A DNA stretch of 64,000 nucleotides from the NCBI GenBank assembly GCA_023515725.1, contig JALDTO010000057.1:325575-389574 (forward strand), written 5' to 3'. Below the pieces are notes generated by a model that made no database searches, was not told the origin of the DNA, and saw only the letters and a program-made list of their open reading frames with translations. This stretch comes from Amoeboaphelidium protococcarum X5 (Eukaryota; Fungi; Aphelidiomycota). A program made the translations under genes and the position numbers. How positions within the stretch are numbered: position 1 is the stretch's first letter; each line of letters opens with the position of its first letter. This document shows positions 24,541-37,591 of this stretch, one piece after another.

Positions 24541-27500
24541 TCAGTTGAAAAAGTACTCCGAATTCAACACCTGATTTATGTCAAAATCTCCTTTAGGCGG
24601 TAACGGAGGCAGCTCAATATTCTTATAAATGTATCCCCTCCGCTTCTTAACACCCTGGGAAGTGTTTTCACTAGCTTGAGGCGAAGACACTTCATCACCC
24701 GAAGTTGAGCTATATTGCAGTTATCCATTGCCAGAGGTGGGATCTAAAGTATCAACTACATCATCTACAGGCTCAATTTTTTCATTGCTGCGTATCTTTC
24801 TATGCCCATATCTCTACATTAGCTCCTACTAGAGATTCTCCATGATAGGCTAGGAGTGCATTTTCACAAACTACTCTTTCAGAATGATACGAAGTCGATC
24901 CACATCACAAGCATGAGTCCAATACGAGTCGTGCACAGAAGCAAAAGTCATGCCTTAGCTGTAGCACTCCAGCGCAGTCATTAACATGTGTGTAGCATCC
25001 AAGGAATGGATAAAATTTGGTGGAAATCCTTACACTTATTTACTGACATCCACATTGGACTTCTTCCTATGGTCCTTGAGAGTGAAGCTTTACATGGCTG
25101 TACTAATCGTGACGTGTTTAATGTCTTTGTACGGCTGGGCAACTACCATTCCCAAAGGGGTAGTCCACACAACAACGCTTGAGCTACTCTAAAGACTTTT
25201 CACCTGCTTACGAATAGAATCCTTACTTGACTGATCCAACTGTTATAACTTACGCTATGACTTTAACTAATCGAGAAGCCTAAGACTTCGCTCAATCTGC
25301 TCCGGTGGTAGACTCTTTGACAATATCTTTGCACTCTACGCGAGCCAATTCTAGATCTTTCGCGCCTCTTTAAAAGTGTCATCAAGAGCACTGAACACCT
25401 TAGGAGCCACGTATCGAGACAGCTGGAATATTTATTCCTCTGAGAATGTGTGCGGATAATACTTTTCTTTCAGTCTGTTCGCAATCTAATCCCTAGCGCC
25501 GATAGCAGTCACACCATAAACTGAGGTCATCACTGTCTGTTTGACAACTTTTCGGTCAATGCGCTCAGGGCCAATAAGTTCTGCCAGGATTTTCTACACG
25601 CCAGGCTTTATAAAGTCAATCTGCTTGATTGGCTTGGAAAAGTCCAACCGCTCGCTAGAAGACTGAATACTCTCCATGTCCTCCTGCACCATTTTCCGTA
25701 CTTTAGAGGCAACTGCGCTGTACACATCCTGAGGTCTGTCAAATCCGGACGCCAAATTCACCTAGCAAGCGCCTTCATAATCACCACCCAGCGCGGCATA
25801 ATGCTGCAAACCATTACATGATCCATCCTAATGCACCGGCAATCTACTCAAATATTCTTCAGGCCTACCCGACTTGATAGCATTGGAGATTTCCATCGCC
25901 GTGCTCAAAGTCAGCCACGGTTTATCAGCATTAATCCAAAATCTAGCATTATCATCATCTTTGGCAAAAGGATTCTCAGCTGCAGCATGAATCTTATTCA
26001 AGATAGAATCGGCAAACTGCTCTCTTTCATCAAACGTGGCTTTATCAAACCCATAACAATTGGCCAGATGTATTTTTAACCATCGAAGCCCAGTTGAACC
26101 TAAAGGTTTTGGATTATCAAAAATCAGCAGAGATCGAGATAGATCATTGCCCATGTGATTAAACAACTACGCGATAGGATATGCACGACCTCTGAAATCC
26201 ATGTTATGGGGAAAGTACAAAGTTCTTCCAGCCAGTGAGCGCGCAATTTCAATCTTATAATTCTCAGAGATCTTGATAGACTTGGCATCATAATAAGACT
26301 ACGTTTACTCCTCTACAGCTCTATGCCATTAGGCACGAGATGCAGCGTTGCTCTCAAAATCATCCGGCTTTGGAATCGGCGCAGGTCGCTGCAGTTATTC
26401 TACCGGCAACTTGGAAACTTTCTCCCCATTGTTCCAGGCGTAGATAATGTGCTTCAGCAAGTCCTCATTAACGCGCCACTTTGTCCGTCCCAGAGCGTCA
26501 AGTCCGCCGAAAACTCTATCCATGGAACCGGTCAGATTAGCATGCTTAAGGTAAGCCTCCAATTCTCGCGTGATACCTCTCACAGCGGCAGTTCTAATAG
26601 TGAGATACCCACCAGACTCATGATCTGTCCAAGGTTTAGGCGGAACAAGCATAGGTAGCAATTTGGGTATAAAAGTGTGAGATGATTTTATGGCATCCTT
26701 AGGTAAGTTGCTAGCTTGTTCGGCGGAACCCAGAATGTCCAGTACGGCTTCATGAACGCGAACAATCCCATGCTGTTTGCCATTCTCAAACACTATACCA
26801 TGACTAAAAGCATCAACCAGCTCAACATCATAATTTAAAGCGCGCTCCGGCATAACCTGAAGCCTATCAAATGCAATTTCACCATCACGCAAAGCAATTT
26901 AAGCAGAGTCAAGCATCATACTACACAATAGAGAACCGACATTCGCGTTCACAGGCCTACTCCAATGCGTCAATACATCCATCTCCTCTTTGCCTAATTA
27001 AGCTGCAGCTTTACGATACTATCTCTGAAATAACTGATTACTCTGTACCAATTTCTACACAGTCACATATTCATTCACCATCTTTTACCGCAATTTCTTA
27101 TCAGACAGCAACATCATTCTGTGCTCCTACTCAGCACTCTATCCTATATCCAGAACTAGATTAGCCGCTTTAATTGAGTCACGTCCATTACTAAACGCCT
27201 TTATAAATTGACTTATGGTGGCCAGTGCAACCTTCTCCGGCTGCTTTTCGAACAGCATCAGAAACGGTAAAAACTCACCCAGTTGACTTTCATTCATAGC
27301 GGCACCGTTCTCTTTATAGTGTAAAATTTCACCACTAATTCTAGTAGTCAGACGTTTAAGCCATATCATTGAAAGCTTCTTCAATTCAGGACTGACGCGT
27401 CCAATACCGGTCACATCCTTAACTTTTTGATCAGATAACATCAACTACTCTTGACTAATTCTAAATGATTCCTATTCCACATGAATTTATAAATCCACTA

Positions 27501-28260
27501 GATTCTCAAAATCTGCGTCCAATGCTTTCAAGTTTTATTACACAAAGGCCATGTTAGGGGTATTGACGGCACTGATTTGCGGTAGTTTACTCTCATTCTG
27601 GACATAAGTAACACTACTATCAGCTTATTACTATTGTGACTTTTAGAAGAGATACTCATTCAGTATCTTGACTTCACTCTCTGTGAATTCATAATGTTTG
27701 AGCAAACTTGTCAAATCTTTATCACCATCACCAACACTATCACGTTATGACATCGTATTCTTCTTGTAGTCAGATAGTATAATCTTGACAAAATCAGTCG
27801 ATTTACTTCCATTCTAAGTGGAGCAGTTCTTAAAATTGATCGCAGCTTTTAATAGCAGAGCATAAGTGGTCACATTTGGCTATAGTTGAAGTGATTTTAG
27901 CCGCTGATACCACACTAAACTCTACTTCATCCCATCAGCCGCAAGTGACGCGTTACGCGATGTATCAGATACCAAGCCAGCAGATGAAGTACGGATGAAG
28001 AGATTCAGCAGACTTGTATTAACCAAACCTTCTTAGATGGCATTCTTATTCTACTGTATCACAGCATTGAAGAGAATCTGCGCCCTTTCCATCTGGTTAG
28101 TACGAAGACAGGCCTCGATCAGCGATAATTTCCTCTATACCTATGCAATTCTATCTTCTTTTAGACCATCAAGCGTATTTTAATCCAGCCTATTAATAAT
28201 CCTTTAAGACTATGACGTGAATCTCTTTATTACCAATTTTGGTGATATTCTTTTCAACAT
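24541..28260 (-). CDS. RPO41: Mitochondrial single-subunit (T7-like) RNA polymerase
   Basis: [26 protein letters not shown](Q)[63 protein letters not shown]; basic N-terminal presequence. Confidence 0.97.
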
Positions 28261-28347
28261 TTTTCACTCCTCCTGTCCTACGTCAATCACCAGAAAAAGA
28301 GGTAAGATAGAGCCACGTTTTATTTTACATCGTGAACCGTTGCAATC

Positions 28348-28972
28348 ATGGTATGTTGTTTATAATTTTGTGCTTAAAGAATGAAATCTAGTGTAGAATG
28401 TGCTAAATCTATTTAATGATTATAAAGCAGAGTAAGTGCGAACATTTTTGAATGTTACTTATTAAAGAGTGGACGTTTGATTGACTTAACCGTGTAGCAT
28501 TGAGGGGTGCGAAGAGATTAGACTTACAGACATGGAAGGAGTTTTGATTGCGTCGACAAAATAATCTGAAACGGTCGGAAGGGCGGTCTAATCTACTAGA
28601 AATACTAATGATGAAGATAATTGCAGCGTTGAAGAGCAGTCGGAAGAATCATACGATGATAACGAGGATATTGTGGACGAATTCACACGCGCGCTTGCCG
28701 GATTGAACGATAATGCGGAAAGGCTTTCACTTGGCACTGTTCGCATGGTGGCCAGTTCTGGTGACGATCGCGGGCAGTCTGCTGTCGTTCAATTTTGCGA
28801 TAATGACTGCTTCGTTTTAAGGATCGATACAAAAGGATCCTTAGGTATACTTTACATGATTTAGTTAAGTGTACTCAAATCTCATTGTCTAGTTGTAGGT
28901 GCTGCCGTTGCTGCTGGCAAAGATATACTCACAGATCTTGAACCACTAAAAGACGTGTTGATATCTTCTTGA
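28348..28972 (+). CDS. Ragulator subunit LAMTOR3/MP1-like roadblock protein (introns 28351-28396, 28432-28497, 28845-28898)
   Basis: Spliced IEGCEEIRLTDMEGVLI ... NAERLSLG ... VVQF pattern resembles LAMTOR3. Confidence 0.55.
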
Positions 28973-29158
28973 ATAAAATGTACAATTCAACATGTTGTTG
29001 TCCAACTTATCTTTTTTATTGCTAGTATACTCCCTCGTTTTAGTATAAACGCGCCTTGTCAACAGTCTCTATAAAAACTCAGTTTCACTCCTAGAGCCCA
29101 CGCGTTTTCTTCCATCATTTTGGCATATTTATCCTCATAAACGTTCACTCTGTATAAT

Positions 29159-30316
29159 ATGACTTAGACTTAGTATCAGGATTTAATTTAAGATTGTCTC
29201 GCTAAAAATGGCATTGTGACTGCCAAGTATTTGGAATAGAAAGCTAGTCTGAATAACTAGCAGGGTGGTCAGTTTCTGGCCGATTTTGCCCAATTTCAGA
29301 GTGCATATCCATCTTTGGGAACACTGGTATTGCGAAAGGAGCAGAATCTTGATGCAGATGGTATCTCACATTGCAAGTTTAGTCTATCTCTTTTGAACAG
29401 TCTTGATAACTCTGAATTAGGTTCATAATGCTCAGTTTATGCATTAGTCAATGATCTGACTCAAGATTATAAAGTTCTACTATCCAACTTGAATTCATTG
29501 GCACACCAGGAAATTAGAGCTGTAGAAGTATCAAACAACACGCCCAAGGTTCGCCATTCCGCCTCTTTTGAAAAGAATAATTAAGTTAAACAAGGTGGTG
29601 CTAATGCTTCAATTAAGAAGGCTAATAATCAGAATGCTGCTCCTGTAAAGAAATCACCAACAGAGAAGAAGTCAGTACCTGATGCCACTTTGAAGAAAAA
29701 GAAGTCAAAAATGGTGTTGTCAGATGATGATAATGATGAAGTCGACTCAAAGCAACAGAATTATGCCTTGATGTAGTCAGCTGCTTCATTTAGTTCGGAA
29801 GAATTGGATAATATCTTTGATTTTGACGCGAAAAGCTCTGCAAACAGTCAGTAATTCGTATCATCATCAGTACCTGTAAAGAATTAAGACAAAGATGGTG
29901 AGTTAACCGTCAGTAACCTGGAATTGGACGAGAATGCAGAAGATCATCAAGATAGAAAGCCTAGCGCGGTGTAGCCTAATCTAGATACTGTAGTAGTCAT
30001 CAATGCCAAAAGAAAGAAGGCCATCACGAAGAAGAACACTTTTGTCAATGATCAAGGTAAAATCGTTACTGAAACGACCACTGAGTTCATCACTGACGAC
30101 GACAACGACCGCGATGGCGTTGACGAGAGAAGAGATGGAAACTCTGGCGCGTCGAATAGAGTGACGAAGAAGGCCAAAACAGAGTCGGTGGCGGCTGAGA
30201 AGAATTCTGGAGTGAAACGGACTGGTGCCGCGTCAAAACCAGCGCCAAAGTCGAGCGGTGCGAAACAGAGCAAACTGTCTTTCTTTGCCGCGAAACCACG
30301 CAAGAACTAGAGTTGA
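29159..30316 (+). CDS. DNA polymerase delta subunit 3 (Cdc27/Pol32/POLD3-like)
   Basis: N-terminal IVTAKYL, C-terminal KKNTFVNDQGKIVT and PIP-box-like KQSKLSFF. Confidence 0.72.
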
Positions 30317-30529
30317 TTCGAATTGAATCTCTTCTTGTAATAATCTACTGTCGCAACATCTAATTAAGGAGGAGTCAGTATTTCCATCTCAGAATGAATC
30401 TCTTGTAAGAATTACAGTATGTAAGTCGTATGATAAGGAATCTGAGTTGCCATTTCTCTTCCGAATTTTATCGAGCAGTATAATGTCAGTAGTTGATCGC
30501 GGTGTTGGATAAAGCGATATGATCATTGT
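30137..30529 (+). repeat. Direct duplication copy 1 (intact POLD3 3' end plus decayed GCP3 5' fragment at ~30394-30529)
   Basis: Blocks shared with 31977-32328: ggaaactctggcgcg, aaggccaaaacagagtcg, ttctggagtgaaacggactggtgccgc, gagttgccatttct, tagttgatc, atcattgt. Confidence 0.9.
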
Positions 30530-30660
30530 ACAATTTTTAAGCGTAATTGTTAAAACTGAGACGATGACTGCGTTATTCTGACTCAGTCGCGTTCAAATTT
30601 TAGTCGCTTATCGCGTTCTCTTTCAAACGCGCTTGCTAATCAAAATTAACCGGCAGAAAC

Positions 30661-31376
30661 ATGACAGATAGTAATATTCCCATTTAGTTCCGTGACTTTG
30701 GTGTCTCTGCTTCCATTGATCGGGATGCGTTGAAGAATATCATGTTACTGACTCAAGATGAAGTCCGACATACCGCTGCAAGAGCATTGTTGTCGTGCGT
30801 GGCAAAAATCGATGTTACATATGCAGATAAGAACAGGAGTCCACAATCTGGCAGCGCTTTTCTGTACAGTGATCAGACATATTTGCTGGCATCCGCACAT
30901 GTTGTTTACGGTTGCAATTCTATCCGCATATCTTTTGATAATGGCCGGTTTGTTTTTAATGGCAGTGTGGCATATTTGCCACCTCAACATGAGATTAGAT
31001 AAATCGATTTGGCAATTGTGAAGATAGAGAGGCTCCACATGGATATCAACATGGCCGCCACTACATTGGATCCGTAAAAATGCCATAAATCGGTGATTCT
31101 GTTTCTTGCGCTGGATATTCATTCAATGGCAGTTTCTAATTTACTACTGGATTTATATTTAATCTTCCAAATTTGTCAACCATTATAGTAGCAAATGTGA
31201 CAGATAGTGGTATTTCAGGAGGACCTTGTGTTGATTTTTATGCATCCTGTCTGATTGGAGTGGTACAGGGCCACTATGACCATCACCACAATTAAACTCG
31301 TGTTCTGTCGCTATCTCCGGTTAAAGACTTTTTTAAAGATGTTCTAGAGGGAGTTCTTAAATTGGCGTTTTTGTGA
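30661..31376 (+). pseudogene. Trypsin-like serine peptidase (Trypsin_2, HtrA-type without PDZ) with a -1 frameshift between ~31030 and 31080
   Basis: GSAFLY..YLLASAHVV (His) and IDLAIVKI (Asp) in frame 1; PQIGDSVSCAGY...DSGISGGPCVD...LIGVV (Ser) in the adjacent frame. Confidence 0.75.
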
Positions 31377-31524
31377 TTTGTCGAAAAAGCAAGAAGTTGC
31401 AAACACTGATCATCATAAATAGAAATAAATGCCAAAGTTAGGTTGTTGCTAAGCAACAATTACGTTTCGATGTCTAATGCAACAGCTGTTGTTTCAACTT
31501 TCATCATCAAAAGTCGAATCAACA

Positions 31525-31927
31525 AGCACTTTTCACGGCGCAAACGGTCTTGTCTAGGTCCTGGATCATGAAATAACTTAGAACTCGGTCCGTAATGTAC
31601 AATCACGGATTTGTCTAAGTCGACCAGTCGATCTCCGAGCAGCTCCGATATGCTGACTGACGCTCGGGTATCGATCGGTCTTAAAATGCAGTTAGATAAA
31701 TTATCAATTTAAATATCAACCTTATATAGGGATTTATTATCATTTTTAATAAGTTATTTCATTAATACATTAGCGTGGTTAAAACTCAGCATCAACTCGC
31801 CTGGACCGGTCTGTTTGCCATCCAGGACCGTACATAGATTGAACTGATGGTCTTGGACCGAAAACGGCAAATGCTGGAACGGTCTCAGACCAATGAATGC
31901 GTTCGGAATTGGACCGTGGAGAGTGCT
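31525..31927. mobile_element. MITE-like non-autonomous element (~400 bp)
   Basis: Imperfect TIRs AGCACTtttcACGG / CCGTggagAGTGCT; GGTC(C/T) motifs in the left half, GGACCG x4 in the right half; AT-rich core. Confidence 0.6.
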
Positions 31928-31976
31928 AATCACAAAGGACAAAGCTGACTACAAAGACTGGAGACTGAGGATACGG

Positions 31977-32328
31977 GGAAACTCTGGCGCGACTAACAAA
32001 AGGGGCCAATAAGGCCAAAACAGAGTCGACGACGGTTGAGAGTTCTGGAGTGAAACGGACTGGTGCCGCTTCGAAACAAGCGCCTTTCTTTTCCACAAAG
32101 ACAAGAACAAGAATTGAATTGATTCGTTGTTAGAAGTGTATTGCTAAAATTTAGTCTATTAAACAAGGTTTTATATATTTATCTCCATCTCAAAATGAAT
32201 AGCTTGTTGTAAGAATTATGCAAGTTGTATGAAATGGAGTCAGAGTTGCCATTTCTGTCTCGAATTCTATCCAGTAGTATGATGCCTATAGTTGATCTCG
32301 GCATTGGTTAAGGTGATAAAATCATTGT
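31977..32328 (+). repeat. Direct duplication copy 2 (decayed POLD3 3' fragment plus intact GCP3 5' end)
   Basis: Colinear similarity to 30137-30529, with a deletion in the POLD3-like part. Confidence 0.9.
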
Positions 32329-34411
32329 TTAATATGCCAAGAGTAAGTGCTAAAATAGACAAGATGGGGAAGCTTTGGATTAGGCATACCTAAAGTTGAA
32401 GGCATGCAAAGAGGTACTGAACCCGTAGAATATCCTATATTTTCTTGCGTCAGTCTCTCAGGATAATCGGATGGGATCTAATTCATACAAGTCCCCTTTG
32501 AGGAGTAGTCGCGGATTTATGGGGCCTTCAATGTCATCTTCAGACTTATTTAACTCTTCTCCACCCAGGCCTCGCAGTGGTAAGGCTTAGTAGAAGTTTG
32601 GAAGTTAGAGTACTCTTATTCTATAAGGTAATAGTGATTCTGCTATTGGCAATAGTTTATTGACCCAGTAAAGGAGCGGTTATGGCACTACAATGTTCAA
32701 AGTTCCCAGTTCTAGTAATAGTTTTGCTTAATTTGTATCTAATGCTGATGTCTTGGATGATTTGTTCAAGATATTAATGGGCCTAGATGGTAAAAATATT
32801 ACTATAAATGTAAAGTTGAAGAGTTTAATGATTGATCGTGATGTAAATAAGAGTATTCAATTATTGATCAACTTGATTGCTGATGAACTCCTGTGGGCAT
32901 ATTTAAAGTTGAAATCTGCCGCTGTGGTATCTGGTTCTAAAATTGGAGTGTTTCGCCAGTCTTTTAATTCCATTGTGAAGTAGTAGTTGGACCTTTATGA
33001 GAATTTTGTGATTGAATTATAAATGCAAAGGAGTATTAATATTTAACTGATCTATGTACAACTAAGGCCTTGGATGAGATTACTCTAAGAGTTAAACCAT
33101 ATTAGTATGTAGTGCAAAGATATGGAAGGAGTATAGTTGTTGAACCGGGTTCACGCATTGCATCAACTTTAGTACGGAGTCTCATTGAAAGATGAGTTGT
33201 TCACCAGTCTTCAGAATGCGATGAACTCTCTCCTGCTTAGTATGATTAGTGATTGGATAAGTAATGGTACTGTGGTTGATGTACACGGAGAGTTTTTTAT
33301 TCAGAATAATGTGATTATAGAGGATTGGGTATCTAGACATTTACTGGATCGATACACGGTACAAAGAATACTCAGTATAGGCAAGACTTTGTAATTTCTT
33401 CAAGAGAAGTGTAAAAATTTCAAATATGCATAAAATAGACATAATCTCAAGTTGGAATAACTAGCTAATGTTAGTCAGTACATTTAACAAGAGTTTGATC
33501 GATTGCAATCTCATGCTCTGGATATTGTTTTGAATCAAGTTCACCTCGTGGACACATTAAGTGCTATGAAATATCTTCTGTTAGGAGAGGCTGGTGACTT
33601 CATGCGCAGCGTTATTGGTCATTTTGACCGGGTGTTGTGTTAGTCTGCAGATTCCATAGAGAGGCATCGTTTAATATCCAATATGGAGGATGCGATTATG
33701 AATAGCGTCGCCGTGTAAATGATTGACTTTCATCCTAGATTAGATGTGAAGTTGCTCGCCTTACCTGGTGCTGCCTCTGGTTGGGATATATTCACGTTGA
33801 CTTATCTGGTTGATGGACCGCTAAGTGTTGTGATTGATGAATAATGCCTGGCTATTTATCATAAATTGTTTTAGTTCATACTGAAATTCTAGAGATTACT
33901 TACGGATTTGGAATAGGCCTTTGATCATGTAAGATTTGCTAGTAAATAATAAGCAAGTGATATGGACACTGTTATGCTAGAAATTGGTCACATTAGAAGT
34001 GTGGTGTAGAGTTTGTGTAATTATATATTTGTTGAAGGCGTTGAGCGTTACTGGCTTGATATAAATGACAAGATTAAAAGTTGCCGGGATTTGGATTCTC
34101 TGATAACTTTACACAAGTCTGAGTTGATCGTCATGCAGAAGACCGTATTATTTAGCGCTGGTAAAGACATTGATGGCATCTCGGCCGTTTTGAATATAAT
34201 GTCTCTGGCTGATTAATATTGCTAAGCATTAAAAAATAACGATGTTACAACAGCTGACATAACGCGGTAATAAAATTTGGCGTCTGTCTATCTGTAATTC
34301 GATTAGCAAAGGCAAAAGTTATCTCGCTGGCTTCTCAAAGACTAACATGACATTGCAAAGGTGCTGCTGTCATATGAAATAAATCCACACAGCATTAATA
34401 CCTAATCTTGA
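32195..34411 (+). CDS. Gamma-tubulin complex component (GCP3/Spc98-like)
   Basis: ILSIGKTL.FL, HLVDTLSAMKYLLLGEAGDFM, RLDVKLL...GWDIFTLTYLVDGPLSVVI, CNYIFVEGVE. Confidence 0.82.
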
Positions 34412-34507
34412 TTCTAAGAAAAGTGACCGATTGTATTATGAATAAACAAATGTACTATCACCCACTCACTCATACTTCTTGCGGACATAACTAGAGAGTA
34501 TCCATCA

Positions 34508-34967
34508 TCAGAATCCGTAATCTTCATCTTCACTTTCACTGTCCAGATCTCTGCGTCTTTAAATGACCACAGAGGATTGACGCGTCTCCGCCTGCTCTCC
34601 CTCCTGCTAAATTTGCTCCAACAGTTATCTCACCGTCTACTCGCTCACTTTTCCATCCTGACCAAATGGAATCTATTTGGTACGAGCCAATCTCAGTATC
34701 AAATCTTGCACAGCTCTAGCTTTCTATGGTTTTACCAGAGACAGAGTATTCAGACGCTCTTTGGCCTCTCTTGACAATATAGAATTAAGAATGGTATGTC
34801 TCTGCTCCTCCTATTCAACCATCTTTTATTATTATTGCTATTACTACTGCTGTTGCATCTATTCATTTCCAGAATTGATCTACATCACGACGCATTGATA
34901 ATAATAATATTTGTAAAATTCAAAGTATGAATAAACTTACTGATTATGAGGCTGGATTAACAGTCAT
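34508..34967 (-). CDS. PDCD5: Programmed cell death protein 5 / dsDNA-binding protein (intron 34880-34940)
   Basis: ILNSILSREAKERLNTLSLVKP(Q)KARAVQDLILRLA, acidic tail RRRDLDSESEDED. Confidence 0.88.
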
Positions 34968-35209
34968 GGCTAAATGCTTTTTGATTTCTTTAACAATTCA
35001 GTAGATCAGGGAGAAACGAAGAATTGCTCTTTAACGTTGAAGAAACTGTTGGACTCTTTCGCGCTGCGGTGATCGTTCAATCGCGGACTTTTCCTCTCTC
35101 CTTGCCCGTCTTTAGACTCTGCTGGTAGCGAAAACATTGCGAACAGTGCAGGATTGATTTAATCTCAATTAGAACTATCAAGTAGGTAAATATACAGTCA
35201 GAAGTAGTG

Positions 35210-35569
35210 ATGGTCAATTTCTGTCCAGATTGCAATAATATGCTCTATCCTAAAGAGAATAGGCAGGAGAAGCGGCTGCTATATGCATGCAGAAATTGTA
35301 ATCATTACGAGATAGCAGAATCCAACTGCATATATAAGCATTAAGTGATGCATCATGCCGGCGATTAAATGCAGTAACTGATCTCAGATGTGGCCAAAGA
35401 TCCTACTCTCGCGCGGACAAGAGACGTACAGTGTCCAAAATGTGAATAAAAAGAAGTGGTGTATTTCCAGACTAGAGCTAGACGAGCCGATGCCACAATG
35501 ACACTGTATTACGTCTGCTGTAATTAAGAATGTGGACATAAATGGGCCGACACTTCTGCGCAAGCATGA
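35210..35569 (+). CDS. RPB9: RNA polymerase II subunit RPB9
   Basis: [49 protein letters not shown]. Confidence 0.95.
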
Positions 35570-35693
35570 ATTATTTTTATTTTATATAAAGGCATAACAT
35601 TTGAATTTATGAATAATAGCTATAGAATTTGGAAATGAGACTTTCATCTTGATTAGAAATCTTACAGGGACTATATATTAAACTTGATGATGA

Positions 35694-36501
35694 TCAATCA
35701 AAGAATCTTCTAGATGGTGAAGCGCCGTAGAGAGCCATGCGAAGGTATGGAAGCATCTTCTCTGCGGCAAGGTCCAGTCTAGCTTCGAGAGTATTTTAAC
35801 ACACAATCTTGCCACCAGCAGTTACAAGAACCACACCGCCAGACGTGCTATCCGGCAAATTTCTATTCTTATCCACTTGGATGAACAGAGACTTGCCTTG
35901 ATCTAATTAAATAATCTTCAAGTACTCGGACACTGCCTGTTTAGATGCTTCCTCCACCATGGAGACATCGGATTTCTTACACACAATCATCACCGGGTCG
36001 CTGGTGACTTCATCGGCACTAGGCAGCAACTGCAAGAGTCCTTGTAGGATTATCTGCACTGTCAACTGGCTCTAATTGCCGTTCTTTTAAACAGCCGGGC
36101 CTAGACGCTTCCTGCATTCATTCAACAAGTCGTTCAGTGCCGCTTCTCTCGCCTCCAGCACCTTCAATCTGATCTTGTTGGCGGCGGCACTTGCCTAGAT
36201 CTTTCGCTACAGCACCGCAGTCTTCTTCTTCTTTTCATAAGATGCCTCAATGTTCAGAGTCTCTGCCCTGACCAACTTGGCCTTCTCGATGTTGTGCTCC
36301 TCATCCGCCTTCACCTGAATCTCTCTAGCCTTCTCCATTGCCTCCTGGCGAATGAATTCTGTCATTTTCTGCATTCAAAATATTTACCGTACACATATCG
36401 AGCATAGATAAAAAGTTATGGGACTATGAGGCTAAATGCTAAATATTTACCTTCATTTCTGATGCAACTTCATCGTCATTCAATGCTCCTCTAGTAGCCA
36501 T
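35694..36501 (-). CDS. VMA4: V-type H+-ATPase subunit E (intron 36369-36450)
   Basis: [12 protein letters not shown]|[55 protein letters not shown]. Confidence 0.95.
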
Positions 36502-36691
36502 TTTAAGGTGTATCTTTAATGTCAGCGTTATAAATCTGTCCGAAATGGAACCAAGTCAAGAAAGAAAGAAACGGCGCGGCGAGTCTTTGCAGGAACAAAC
36601 GATGTTCTACCTACATCGAACAGCGCATATCGATGCCGCAGGTAATCAGCACTCAAACAGAATATACACGCGTCTATTTAAATCGAAATTA

Positions 36692-37432
36692 TCATTATTT
36701 AGTCGGCGAAGAATACTCTTTTACAATATCTTCTGAGCATTAAAACTCTTGGCAGTTCCATTAAGAGAAATCATATTCAAACTTGTCACCTTGTGATGAT
36801 GTCACAGATTAGGAGATTGTATGCACAACTTACGTCACTATGCCAGATTTTAAGAATGAATACAGTACCTTCAGCCCTCCCTCTACCATGAGTGAATTCA
36901 TTTTGTATTTTTTAGATAGAACTTGACACACCTCCTTAACGGCCAAGCCGCCAAATGGATCACGAGAGATGGTTTCGATTCGAACATCTGGTCGTATTAC
37001 GCGTATACGTTCAACATTCTTCTATAAATTAACACCATTTGACGCGAATATAATCGGTGGATGAGGATGTTTTAATAGTCTTGCATCAAGAGGTATTCCA
37101 AGACTAGAGTCCAAGATGACTGGAACAGGCGAATCTACTTCACAATCAGAGTTCCGTGAACATGATACAGAAAGTGCTTAACTTAATGCCTAATTCCGCT
37201 TTTTAAACGCGTCCATATCACTTTAATCAATCCTTGCTGTAAGTTGTGGATTGTCGCAGAGCACCGTGTTCTTTCCCACTAATATGCCATCAGACCGCGA
37301 CCGCAATACGTGGACCATTTTATACGTTTCCGCACAGGAGATGCTCAGTGAGAGCTTCTTACTTGAATCTTAGGGATCTGCTTGGTTCAACTAGCCATTC
37401 TATGTTGTGGCAAAACTTAGTATTACCTTCAT
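36692..37432 (-). CDS. RibD C-terminal-domain reductase (Rib7-like, riboflavin biosynthesis)
   Basis: [43 protein letters not shown]. Confidence 0.85.
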
Positions 37433-37591
37433 ACAGTAAAGAAGATTTCACAATTTTTATGAGCTGGTCCCTATTGATCACCGAACTGTACAAGATGACT
37501 GAAAATGAAATCAATAAAAAGCGGTGAACCTCTTATTCAAAGTCAAGCATGGCGGATTATCTTTTACAAAAGATCAAACAGGAATATTCTT

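Noticed and set aside
24541-28260. T7-like RNA polymerase as a phage or linear-plasmid insertion
   Set aside because: Long N-terminal extension with presequence, host codon usage and no viral neighbours; ordinary nuclear-encoded mitochondrial RNAP
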